A DNA stretch of 64,000 bases, from IMG/VR virus record IMGVR_UViG_3300023181_000004, positions 1 through 64,000 of that record; one strand, written 5' to 3'. This stretch comes from a virus. The translations under genes and the position numbers were made by a program. Every line of letters starts with the position of its first letter. Within the stretch, counting starts at the first letter, position 1. This document shows positions 28,348 through 36,970 of the stretch, piece by piece. The notes below the pieces were generated by a model. The model was not told where the DNA came from, did no database searches, and worked only from the letters and a program-made list of their open reading frames with translations.

Positions 28348-29367
28348 ATGGCTGTTCCATATACCCGCACGCCCACCTCGCTCACCGTGGTCGTGGATTT
28401 CCGCCCGACGGTCATTCCGTCGAGCCACCCGAACTTCGTCCAGCTGTCCGAGCTGGTCGCGAAGCCGAACACCACCGAAGCTGACGTCAAGCCGCTCCTC
28501 GATATCCCGACTGCAATCACCACCTACACCGGCGGCGAGATCAACGTCGTCAACGGGCGGCTGTTCTATCGCGGCGTCGAGGTCAAGGACAACCTCGCGC
28601 AGGTCATCCTCGGGTTTGTCAAGTCGGGTGACCCGACCGCTGCCGAGCCGTTCAAGAAGTTCCTCGCGAACTGCCGGAACAACCCCGACCTCAACCTCGT
28701 CTCGACGATCTACGATTGGTGCGTGAAGGGGAATATGCCGATCACCCCCGATGGCGAGCTGATCGCTTGGAAGATCGTCGGTCCCGACTTCAAGTCGATC
28801 CACTCGGGCAAGCGCGGCCGGCTCGATCACTCGATCGGCGCGACGGTGACCGAACCGCGTGAGGAGTGCGATCCCAACCGGACGCAGACCTGCTCGACCG
28901 GTATCCACTTCGCCAGTCTCGAATACATCGAGAAGGGCGGTTACGGGGGCGGTCTGTCGGGCAAGAACAAAATCGTCGCAGTCGTCGTCAACCCGGCCGA
29001 TATCACGGCAATCCCGACCGACTACAATTTGTCGAAGGGTCGGTGCTGCCGTCTTCGCGTCGTCGGTGAGGTTGAGGCCCCCAAGGTCAAGACCTTCTAC
29101 GAGAACACCGGCAAGGTCTATGGCGGCTGGTCGGCTGCGCCTGCGCCTGCGCCGACCCCGTGCACGCCCCGCAACGCGGCCGGCTTCGCCGTCGGTCAGC
29201 GCTGGGCGCGCCGCAACGGCTATGAAGTGACGATCACGTCGATCAACGGCTCGACCGACTATCCGGTCAAGGCCGGCTCGGACGTCTTCACGAAGAACGG
29301 CCGGTTCAACAGCGATACCTCGGTGTCGCAGTTCGATCTCGTCCGTCTCGTCAAGGACGTCGCGTAA
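28348..29367 (+). CDS. rIIB: rIIB-like protein
   Basis: PITPDGELIAWK, CSTGIHFASLEY, VNPADITAIPTDYN..KGRCC; follows rIIA. Confidence 0.9.
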   Translation: MAVPYTRTPTSLTVVVDFRPTVIPSSHPNFVQLSELVAKPNTTEADVKPLLDIPTAITTYTGGEINVVNGRLFYRGVEVKDNLAQVILGFVKSGDPTAAEPFKKFLANCRNNPDLNLVSTIYDWCVKGNMPITPDGELIAWKIVGPDFKSIHSGKRGRLDHSIGATVTEPREECDPNRTQTCSTGIHFASLEYIEKGGYGGGLSGKNKIVAVVVNPADITAIPTDYNLSKGRCCRLRVVGEVEAPKVKTFYENTGKVYGGWSAAPAPAPTPCTPRNAAGFAVGQRWARRNGYEVTITSINGSTDYPVKAGSDVFTKNGRFNSDTSVSQFDLVRLVKDVA

Positions 29368-29379
29368 CCTTGTGACATT

Positions 29380-29413
29380 TCCTCGGTCTCTGGCAACAGA
29401 GACCGAGGATTTG
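29380..29413 (+). terminator. hairpin after rIIB
   Basis: TCCTCGGTCTCTG-GCAA-CAGAGACCGAGGA followed by TTTG. Confidence 0.6.
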
Positions 29414-29632
29414 TACCTCCGGAGATTAAGATGAACGACGATCAGATGATCGACCTGCGTCTTTCGCGGCGTGATGCAGGCCGTCTGCTTGTCGGTGTGC
29501 GTGAACGCCGCCGCAAGCTCGAACGCGGCCTTGAGAAGTTCAAGGACAACTTCGACGAAGCGCTGGGTACCAATATGCGGGAGAGCTTCACCGCGTATTC
29601 GGCCCTCGAACAAGTCCTCAAGGAGGCTATGG

Positions 29633-29878
29633 ATGCGAACGATCATACATGTTGCGCAGGACGCGATCCGCGCGAATACGAAGGACGGCGGGATGCGCCC
29701 GGCGATTATCGTCCGACGGGGACGCAAACCCGAGCGCCACAGCACCGTCAACATCACAGCGCCTGACGGCACGATCGTCGGCACGTTCCACTATCAGCCC
29801 CACCAGCCGCTCTCCTGCGGTGCCCGCGTGTGGCTCGAACTGGCGGAGGGCTACGATGCGACACCCGATACTGTGTGA
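29633..29878 (+). CDS. small phage protein (SCGARVW motif)
   Basis: IIHVAQDAIRAN...PLSCGARVWLE; AGGAGG RBS. Confidence 0.65.
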   Translation: MRTIIHVAQDAIRANTKDGGMRPAIIVRRGRKPERHSTVNITAPDGTIVGTFHYQPHQPLSCGARVWLELAEGYDATPDTV

Positions 29879-30324
29879 CACCTGCGAAGGCCTCGGGCGC
29901 GTCAATCCCGATGCGTTCAGCGATCGCACCTTCCGCTGCCACAACGGATGCACGAATGGCTATTTCGAGGCGACCGCCGTCGATCTCGACGGCAAGCGCG
30001 CCCGCTATCGCTACGTCACCGGCTGGCTGTGGATCTGGAAGGGTGTCCTCTGTCTCGAAAACGACGAGGGCGATCTCATCGTGAACCTCCAGCCCGAGGA
30101 CGTCGAGGTATTGCCATGAAGCTGCTCCCGATCATCGATGACACGCCCGTGCCGCACGATTATCCGCGGCGGCTCTGGCGCTATCGAGTGATGCACACCG
30201 GCCGCCGTGACGACGAGTTCGTGTGGGCACGATCGTCCGGCGCCGCCCGCTACGCCGCGGCCAAGCGCCATCACCCGCTGAACGCGATCTACTATGCGGG
30301 CGGCTATCGAGCATGGAGAGAACC

Positions 30325-30855
30325 ATGAAGACTTTCACGATCACCGTGGGCCTACCCGGCTCGGGCAAGTCGACCTACGCCGATAAGCATTTTCGTCACG
30401 CCTTGCGTCTTGAGCGCGATCGGATGCGTGAGTGCCTGTTTGGCGATCGCCAGCGCTATCACGGTGAGCTGGCCACCAAGCCTGATCTTGCACTTCTGGT
30501 TGGGCCGACGATGCACAAGGCGATGCTCACTGCGATGCAGCATCGCATCTACGACGACATCATCTTGTCGGATACCGGGTTGGCGTGGGCCGCCGTTGCG
30601 CAGTTCCATAAAGCCGCCCGCAGCTTCGACATGGCCGTGAATGTGGTCTATTTCGATCTGACGTGGGGCGAGATTGTCGATCGCAATGCGACGAGGCCGA
30701 AGGAGCATCAGGTGCCGATGACGGTGCTCGAACGCTTCTGGCGAATGCAGCACGCCATGCCGCTCGGCGACGAAGTCAACGAGCAGTGGTGGCTCAACCC
30801 GCGCAAGGTCAATCACCTGATCCGGATCAATGCGAAGGGAGAGATCTGTGGCTAA
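30325..30855 (+). CDS. AAA_33 polynucleotide-kinase-like P-loop kinase
   Basis: VGLPGSGKST, ERDRMR, DT, RNATR lid as in the T4 PseT kinase domain. Confidence 0.85.
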   Translation: MKTFTITVGLPGSGKSTYADKHFRHALRLERDRMRECLFGDRQRYHGELATKPDLALLVGPTMHKAMLTAMQHRIYDDIILSDTGLAWAAVAQFHKAARSFDMAVNVVYFDLTWGEIVDRNATRPKEHQVPMTVLERFWRMQHAMPLGDEVNEQWWLNPRKVNHLIRINAKGEICG

Positions 30856-31004
30856 AGGCAAGAATGCGGCCAAGAACGGCCACCATCGCGAATATTGGAG
30901 CTGGCGACCATTCTCCGGTTGGGGGTGGTCGAAGTGGGTCAAGGTCATGACGCATCGGCAGGAACGCCGCGTCATTGCCAAGCGCGAAATCAAGGAGCAG
31001 CTCG

Positions 31005-31700
31005 ATGGCTAGAATTTTGATCGCCTGCGAATATAGCGGGCGCACCCGCGAGGCGTTCCGCAAGCGCGGTCACGATGCGTGGAGCGTAGATATTCTCCCC
31101 GCCGAGGACAACTCGCCGTGGCACATTATTGCCGACGTGTTCGATATGATCGCCAACACCGAGCCGTGGGATCTGATGATTGCCCACCCGCCCTGCACCT
31201 ATCTCGCCAACAGCGGCGCACGGTGGCTCTATCGTGACGTTCCCTGCTATGCGAGCCACGAAAGCACGCACCATGACGATGTGCGTAGCGAACCCGATCC
31301 GGATCGCTTCCGAAAGATGGAGGCCGGTGCCAAGTTCTTCGCCGATCTGCTCCTCGCACCGATCCCCAAGATCGCCATCGAGAACCCAGTCATGCATGGT
31401 ACTGGCAAGCGCGCAATCGAGCGATATCTGGTCAACGCTGGTCGTGTCGGGATGCCAAAGACGCGTTTTGTTCAGCCGTGGTGGTTCGGCGACGAGGCAT
31501 TTAAGGCGACGGGTTTTACTTTGAAAAACTTGCCGCCGCTGGTCAAGCCCAAGACCGCGCTGATCCCGCCCAAGCCCGGCACGCCCGAGCACAAGGCATG
31601 GTCGGTCATTCACAACGCCTCCCCCGGTCCCGACCGGTGGAAGGACCGTAGCCGGACGTTTCCCGGCATCGCCGCCGCGATGGTGGAAACATGGGGTTAA
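31005..31700 (+). CDS. short C5 DNA cytosine methyltransferase-like protein
   Basis: ILIACEYSG, DLMIAHPPCT catalytic PC, AIENP, RSRTFPGIA. Confidence 0.8.
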   Translation: MARILIACEYSGRTREAFRKRGHDAWSVDILPAEDNSPWHIIADVFDMIANTEPWDLMIAHPPCTYLANSGARWLYRDVPCYASHESTHHDDVRSEPDPDRFRKMEAGAKFFADLLLAPIPKIAIENPVMHGTGKRAIERYLVNAGRVGMPKTRFVQPWWFGDEAFKATGFTLKNLPPLVKPKTALIPPKPGTPEHKAWSVIHNASPGPDRWKDRSRTFPGIAAAMVETWG

Positions 31701-31704
31701 GCTG

Positions 31705-32196
31705 ATGTTCCTCTACTGGCTTCCTTTCCAGCGTCGCTACGTGCATCGCCTCTCCGACATCCCCAAGGGCGTCGAGAGCGAACGCATCGACGTCCCCACG
31801 GACACCACCGGGCTGATGGCCTACCTCAACGACCTTACTCAACGGCAGGACGTTGCTCATGTCGATCCGCAACCCGATGGCACCGTTCGTGTCGTTGATG
31901 ACGTCGGTGCCGAGTTTGTAGGCGACCGCAAGGCGGTTATCGAATGGCTGAACGCTGGATTGGACGAGGAAGACGTTCCCGATCGGGAACATTCCGATCC
32001 TAAACCCCCGCCTCCGCCCCCGATTGTTCCCGATCGGGAACGTCCGATGGACGCAGGAGCGATCCTGTCCCGCATCGATAGCCCTGGCGTCAACGTCGAG
32101 GGCGTGGTCGAGGCGATCGGCAAGGCCAAGGGCTATGCACTGCGGCGCTATGCCGGCGCGGTCGCTGTCCGTTTTCAAGAACTCGAAAAGATCTAG
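31705..32196 (+). CDS. hypothetical protein
   Basis: open frame within the operon. Confidence 0.6.
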   Translation: MFLYWLPFQRRYVHRLSDIPKGVESERIDVPTDTTGLMAYLNDLTQRQDVAHVDPQPDGTVRVVDDVGAEFVGDRKAVIEWLNAGLDEEDVPDREHSDPKPPPPPPIVPDRERPMDAGAILSRIDSPGVNVEGVVEAIGKAKGYALRRYAGAVAVRFQELEKI

Positions 32197-32259
32197 AACT
32201 CCAAATTCCTCGAAAAAATTTTGCGGGGATTTTGGACTTTTTCAACAGGAGGGAAAGTT

Positions 32260-32514
32260 ATGCCGAACTTTAAGTTCAGTTTCGCGCGAGACTACACCAT
32301 CCGCGAAGGTTTCGAGCGTGTCATCGAAGCAGATACGCTTGAGAAAGCACAAGAGATCGCTAATCGCTTGGCCGAAGAGTTCAATCACGATTGTCCGGAC
32401 GATTGTTCGGAGTCGGACGGTGGTGAAGGCGGGGATTTTGAAACGTCCTGTCCGCCGTCGTATCAAAATATCAACGAGAAGCCGGACTATAACTCCGAAG
32501 GAGAAGAGCTGTGA
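32260..32514 (+). CDS. small acidic hypothetical protein
   Basis: AGGAGG RBS; Asp/Glu-rich. Confidence 0.6.
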   Translation: MPNFKFSFARDYTIREGFERVIEADTLEKAQEIANRLAEEFNHDCPDDCSESDGGEGGDFETSCPPSYQNINEKPDYNSEGEEL

Positions 32515-33659
32515 CCATCGCATTTGAACTCGTCCGCGACGACAGCGTGGATGTCTATGCCGGGCCAGTGCTTTACAAGCTCGACAGCCTTGGCAAGCTG
32601 CGGACGTGGCAAATGGAGCTGACAGGCCTCGGTCACTACCGCACCCTCGCCGGCCTCGCCGACGGCAAGCAGGCCACCAGCGGCTGGACGATCCCCATCG
32701 CCAAGAGCTGCCCGACCGTGAAGGACCAGGGCGAGTTCGAGGTGCGCAGCCAGTACAAGCACCAGCTCGACCGCGAATATCATCTGACCGCCGACACTGT
32801 CGGTACGCCCAAGATGATCGAGCCAATGCTCGCCAAGACCTACGACAAATTCCCCGGCCCCGGCACCCTCGATCCCAAGTTCGACGGCATCCGCTGCATC
32901 GCCGACGTGAACGGCCTGTGGACCCGTCAGGGGCAGCCAATCACCGCCGTGCCGCATCTACACGCCGTGCTGGCCGCCGCGTTCGAGAAATATCCGGACG
33001 CGATCTTCGACGGTGAGCTGTATAACCACGACCTGCGCGAGGACTTCGGCGCGATCAGCTCGATCGTCCGCAAGAAGAACCCGACGGTCGAGCAGCTGGA
33101 GCTGGCCGAGAAGGTCATGCAATACCACATCTACGATCTGGTGAGCGGCACGGGCGACCGTAGCGAACGCAAGCGGCAGGCGTGGGACATTCTGCATGAC
33201 ACCGACGTGCCGCTCGGCTGGATCCACATCGTCATGGGCAAGCGGATCGAGAGCGAGGTACAGCTCAAGCAAGAATATGGCGAGGCGATCGGTAACGGCT
33301 ACGAGGGCGGCATTTTCGCGCCGGATGGCTACAAATATGAGCTGGGCCGGCGATCGAAGGGCCTGCTCAAGATGAAGGACTTCATCACCAAGGAGTTCAA
33401 GCTCCTACGTCTCGAAGAGGGCAAGGGCAACTGGGCCGGTGCGATCAAGCGTGCGATCCTGCAGAACGACGAGGGCGAGTGCGGTGAGTTCGGCGCCGGC
33501 ATCCGCGGCAGCTATGCAGCGGGTGTGGCGCTGCTTGGTGAAACGGCTCGGATCAACGAGAAGTCCACGGCCACCGTGCGCTTCTTCATGCGGTCCCCGG
33601 ATGGCGTGCCGCGGTTCCCCGTGGTGGTCGACATTCAGCTGGACGGACGGGTCGACTAA
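32511..33659 (+). CDS. ATP-dependent DNA ligase
   Basis: PMLA, PKFDGIRC (motif I), FDGELY, YEGGI, LLKMK, PRFP. Confidence 0.93.
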   Translation: MTIAFELVRDDSVDVYAGPVLYKLDSLGKLRTWQMELTGLGHYRTLAGLADGKQATSGWTIPIAKSCPTVKDQGEFEVRSQYKHQLDREYHLTADTVGTPKMIEPMLAKTYDKFPGPGTLDPKFDGIRCIADVNGLWTRQGQPITAVPHLHAVLAAAFEKYPDAIFDGELYNHDLREDFGAISSIVRKKNPTVEQLELAEKVMQYHIYDLVSGTGDRSERKRQAWDILHDTDVPLGWIHIVMGKRIESEVQLKQEYGEAIGNGYEGGIFAPDGYKYELGRRSKGLLKMKDFITKEFKLLRLEEGKGNWAGAIKRAILQNDEGECGEFGAGIRGSYAAGVALLGETARINEKSTATVRFFMRSPDGVPRFPVVVDIQLDGRVD

Positions 33660-33703
33660 AGACTTCGAGCGTTGTATGGGGCAGGTATAACAGGAGAACT
33701 ATT

Positions 33704-33931
33704 ATGGCTGATGCACCTGCCCCCGCCGCGCCGAAGGCGCAGTCCGAGTTCAAGGTGACCGATGTCGCCGACGGCAAGGCGTTCCTCGTGCTCGATGACG
33801 GTCGTCATATCGTGGCGACGATCAAGGACGGCGTCGAGGGCGTGAAGCGCCACTCGAAGGTCGCGATTACGAGCGACGGCCTCGATAAGGAAGGCGCCCC
33901 CAAGGACGCCGTCGTGGTCAAGGTGCTGTGA
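33704..33931 (+). CDS. small hypothetical protein
   Basis: AGGAG RBS, strong codon bias. Confidence 0.65.
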   Translation: MADAPAPAAPKAQSEFKVTDVADGKAFLVLDDGRHIVATIKDGVEGVKRHSKVAITSDGLDKEGAPKDAVVVKVL

Positions 33932-33981
33932 AGCGCCTCCCCATCAAGGATGACTAGAAATCATCACCCAAGCTTCTAACA

Positions 33982-34007
33982 AAAGACCTCCCGATTGGGA
34001 GGTCTTT
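33982..34007. terminator. probable terminator
   Basis: AAAGACCTCCC-GATT-GGGAGGTCTTT. Confidence 0.6.
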
Positions 34008-34027
34008 CATGTCCAATGGAGATCCAG

Positions 34028-35005
34028 ATGAAACCCGTCCTGCAACTCGTGCGGATCAAGCACGGCTCCCACCTCTACGGCACCGCGACGCTCTCGTCCG
34101 ATCAGGATTTCAAGGGCGTCCACCTGCCGTCCGGCGAGGCCATTCTCATGCAGCGCGCCGAGAACGTCATCAATACCGGCGTAGTTTCAAAGGAAGGGAC
34201 AAAGAACACTGCGGACGCGATCGACAGCGACAGTTATTCGGTCCAGAAGTTCTACGAAATGCTTTGCAAGGGTGACACCGTCGCTACCGAGATCCTCTTT
34301 GCGCCACCCGAGGCGATCGTCGAGGAGCATCCGCTATGGGGTCAGGTGCAGGCCACCGGCAAGCTCCTGCTGAACCGCCAGTGCAAGGGCTTCGTCGGCT
34401 ATTGCGTGCGGCAAGCCGCCAAGTACGGCATCAAGGGTTCGCGCATGTCCGCCGTCAAGGACGTGCTGACTGTCCTGAGCACGTTGCGGCTTGGGCGCGT
34501 CAACACCACCAAGCTGTCAGCAATCGAGCGCGAGCTGCACGACTGGTCCGCTGGCCGCGAGCACGTCGAATGGGAGAACATTCCCAACCCGAACGGCTCG
34601 GACAACTGGCATCTCAACGTCTGCGACCGCAAGATGCCCATGACGGTCACGATTGACGAGGCCTATAAGGTCTGGTCGAAGGTGTGGGAGAACTACGGCG
34701 AACGTGCTCGGCAGGCGATGACCAATGAAGGGATAGATTGGAAGGCCGTGAGCCATGCCATGCGCGTCGCCGGGCAGGCGCAGGAGCTGCTCGTGTCGGG
34801 AAAAATCACCTTCCCCCGCCCCGACGCCGGCTATCTGCTCGCGATCAAGCAAGGCAAGCTCCCCTACGCCGACATTAGCGGTGAACTGGAGTGGGCGGTG
34901 CAGCATGTGCAGCGCCTGTCGGAGACCAGTTCCCTGCCCGAGAAGTCGGACCACAAGTTGGCTGATCGCTCGGTCCTCGACCTCCACTGGCTTCAACTCA
35001 AATAG
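34028..35005 (+). CDS. pol-beta superfamily nucleotidyltransferase (RlaP/T4 NrdC.11-like)
   Basis: HGSHLYGT...SDQDFKGV; DWKAVSHAMR; IKQGK. Confidence 0.85.
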   Translation: MKPVLQLVRIKHGSHLYGTATLSSDQDFKGVHLPSGEAILMQRAENVINTGVVSKEGTKNTADAIDSDSYSVQKFYEMLCKGDTVATEILFAPPEAIVEEHPLWGQVQATGKLLLNRQCKGFVGYCVRQAAKYGIKGSRMSAVKDVLTVLSTLRLGRVNTTKLSAIERELHDWSAGREHVEWENIPNPNGSDNWHLNVCDRKMPMTVTIDEAYKVWSKVWENYGERARQAMTNEGIDWKAVSHAMRVAGQAQELLVSGKITFPRPDAGYLLAIKQGKLPYADISGELEWAVQHVQRLSETSSLPEKSDHKLADRSVLDLHWLQLK

Positions 35006-35418
35006 TTAATTGCTGCTTGAAGTCTAGCAACATCGTCTTTGAATAAACCCAAGGCGGTGTTGCAGTTGCTGCACAATAGCCCGCGAACTCGACCAGTGGT
35101 GTGGCAGTGATCGATGTGTGGAGTTTTGATAAACGGATCTAAACAGATGGAGCAGCAGCCTTTCTGCTTATCAAACATCTGTAGGTATGCAGCTTGCGTC
35201 CACCCATATAGGCGTCGCAGATCACCTTCACGTTGAAGCCGAACAACCTCACCGCTATTCAGTGATACATAGTTTCGACGATGATATTTGCTGCAGTCGC
35301 AGCACATCCGAGTCGAAACCAACCGAAGCGAAAGGTGACCATGACAGCATGGTTGGCCAGTGAAATAATGGCGAAGGCCCTTGGCCTTCGCGTCTTTGCG
35401 AGATATGATTTCATTCAT
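34993..35418 (-). CDS. endonuclease VII-family homing-type endonuclease
   Basis: QKGCCSIC...HIDHCHTTGRVRGLLCSNCNTALG; YFTGQPC..GH N-terminus; lower GC, antisense. Confidence 0.9.
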   Translation of the reverse strand: MNEIISRKDAKAKGLRHYFTGQPCCHGHLSLRLVSTRMCCDCSKYHRRNYVSLNSGEVVRLQREGDLRRLYGWTQAAYLQMFDKQKGCCSICLDPFIKTPHIDHCHTTGRVRGLLCSNCNTALGLFKDDVARLQAAINYLS

Positions 35419-35498
35419 CGGTCTGCCCAATCAGATCGTAGGTCGACGGACGCGCCAACGTCCGTCGACCACCTTATCCAAACATCAGGAGATCCACA

Positions 35499-36251
35499 AT
35501 GTCTATCAATCCGAATGGACTAATTCTATGGGAAGGCCCCTCCGCTATCGACGACGCACCAATCGTTGTCATCGCCACCGGCATCAAGCAGGGGTCGACC
35601 AATGGCAAAACCGGCCAGATGATCCAGACATACATTCTTCGCCGTGATATGCCTCCGCAGGAGGCGATCAGCACCGGCGCCGATGCGTCGATCTGCGGAG
35701 GCTGCGCCCACCGCGGCGACGGCACGGGCAAGGAGCGCTCGTGCTATGTGGTCATCTTCCAGGGGCCGCGCGGCGTCTATATGGCGTACAAGCGCGGCAG
35801 CTACGCCAAGGCCGAGTTCAATATGGATCTTGTCGAGCTGGGCAAGGACCGGATGGTTCGCCTCGGTGCGTATGGCGACCCCGCCGCGGCCCCGGCCAGC
35901 GTGTGGCAGCACCTGCTCAAGTTCGCGAAGGGCAGCACCGGTTACACTCATCAATATCGCAACCCCGCGATCGACGCGACGGTGTGGGCACCGCTCGTGA
36001 TGGCTTCGGCGGACAGCGAGCAGGACATGCACGACGCACATGGCATGGGCTACCGCACTTTCCGGGTTGCACCAATCGGCGCTGAGCCTATCAAGGGTCT
36101 TGAAATCCTCTGTCCGGCATCGGAGGAAGCAGGTCGCAAGACAACCTGCGAAGATTGCCGGGCGTGTGGCGGCACTCGTGCCAAAGCGCGTGTCTCGGTA
36201 ATGATCCCGGCCCACGGGGTCGGAAAGCGATACGTCAGTGTCGACCAGTGA
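35499..36251 (+). CDS. Cys-rich phage protein, possibly radical-SAM-like/Fe-S
   Basis: NGKTG, ICGGCAH...CYV, RLGAYGDP, GYTH, CPA...TCEDCRAC. Confidence 0.5.
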   Translation: MSINPNGLILWEGPSAIDDAPIVVIATGIKQGSTNGKTGQMIQTYILRRDMPPQEAISTGADASICGGCAHRGDGTGKERSCYVVIFQGPRGVYMAYKRGSYAKAEFNMDLVELGKDRMVRLGAYGDPAAAPASVWQHLLKFAKGSTGYTHQYRNPAIDATVWAPLVMASADSEQDMHDAHGMGYRTFRVAPIGAEPIKGLEILCPASEEAGRKTTCEDCRACGGTRAKARVSVMIPAHGVGKRYVSVDQ

Positions 36252-36702
36252 GCGCGACGGCGCGATAGCACGCCGCACTGCCCGCATCAGCGAGCACATC
36301 CGAAGCGGCAAGACGGTCGGTGAGATCTGCGATATCGAAGGTCTCGATCCTGCCAATGAACCGAAGCGGATGCGCCGGGAGGTGGCCGACCCGCAGGGGT
36401 TGGTCATCGTCTCTGGTCGCAACGAGGCACAGCCGGTCGGTCTCATGGACATCGACCGGCTGATCCGCGGCAATCTCAAGCGCAAACTCGTGCTCCTTCG
36501 CGATCGCCACCACTATGCCGACGTCGCGCAGATGGTGGGGCTGACCAACATCGAACAGAAACGAGCGATCGACCCGCCCTACACCCACAACTGGACGCTC
36601 GCGCAGATCCAGCGGCTCGCGGTGGCGAGCAAGATGACCTTCGAGGAGATGTTGAGCTTCATGCAGACGCCCTACGCCGCAGATTTTAGGAAGAAGATAT
36701 GA
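36238..36702 (+). CDS. putative HTH DNA-binding protein
   Basis: SGKTVGEICD and YADVAQMVGLT HTH-like segments. Confidence 0.45.
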   Translation: MSTSERDGAIARRTARISEHIRSGKTVGEICDIEGLDPANEPKRMRREVADPQGLVIVSGRNEAQPVGLMDIDRLIRGNLKRKLVLLRDRHHYADVAQMVGLTNIEQKRAIDPPYTHNWTLAQIQRLAVASKMTFEEMLSFMQTPYAADFRKKI

Positions 36703-36884
36703 CCGCTGTAATTTTTGAAGTGGGAAAGCCGTATTGGGAGATCGCCAAGCGCTTCCACACCCATCGCGCCACGTCCAAGATGATCGGGCCAACGGCGGTG
36801 CGCGATATGGAACGTCTCCAAAACGAGACGCACTCCGATGCGGTGCGCAAACGGATCAGCGGATTTATCACGCGCAACCGCACG

Positions 36885-36901
36885 AAACCACCCGGTAGTC
36901 T
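36885..36901. promoter_or_regulatory. degenerate 17-bp site (7 of 12)
   Basis: AAACCAC-CCG-GTAGTCT about 70 bp upstream of nrdJ, inside small ORF 36699-36932. Confidence 0.45.
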
Positions 36902-36970
36902 TCCACCTAACGATGGACCACGATATGCCTGACGGGTAGCAAGGTCGTCCACTTTCTCTGGAGACCTTGC

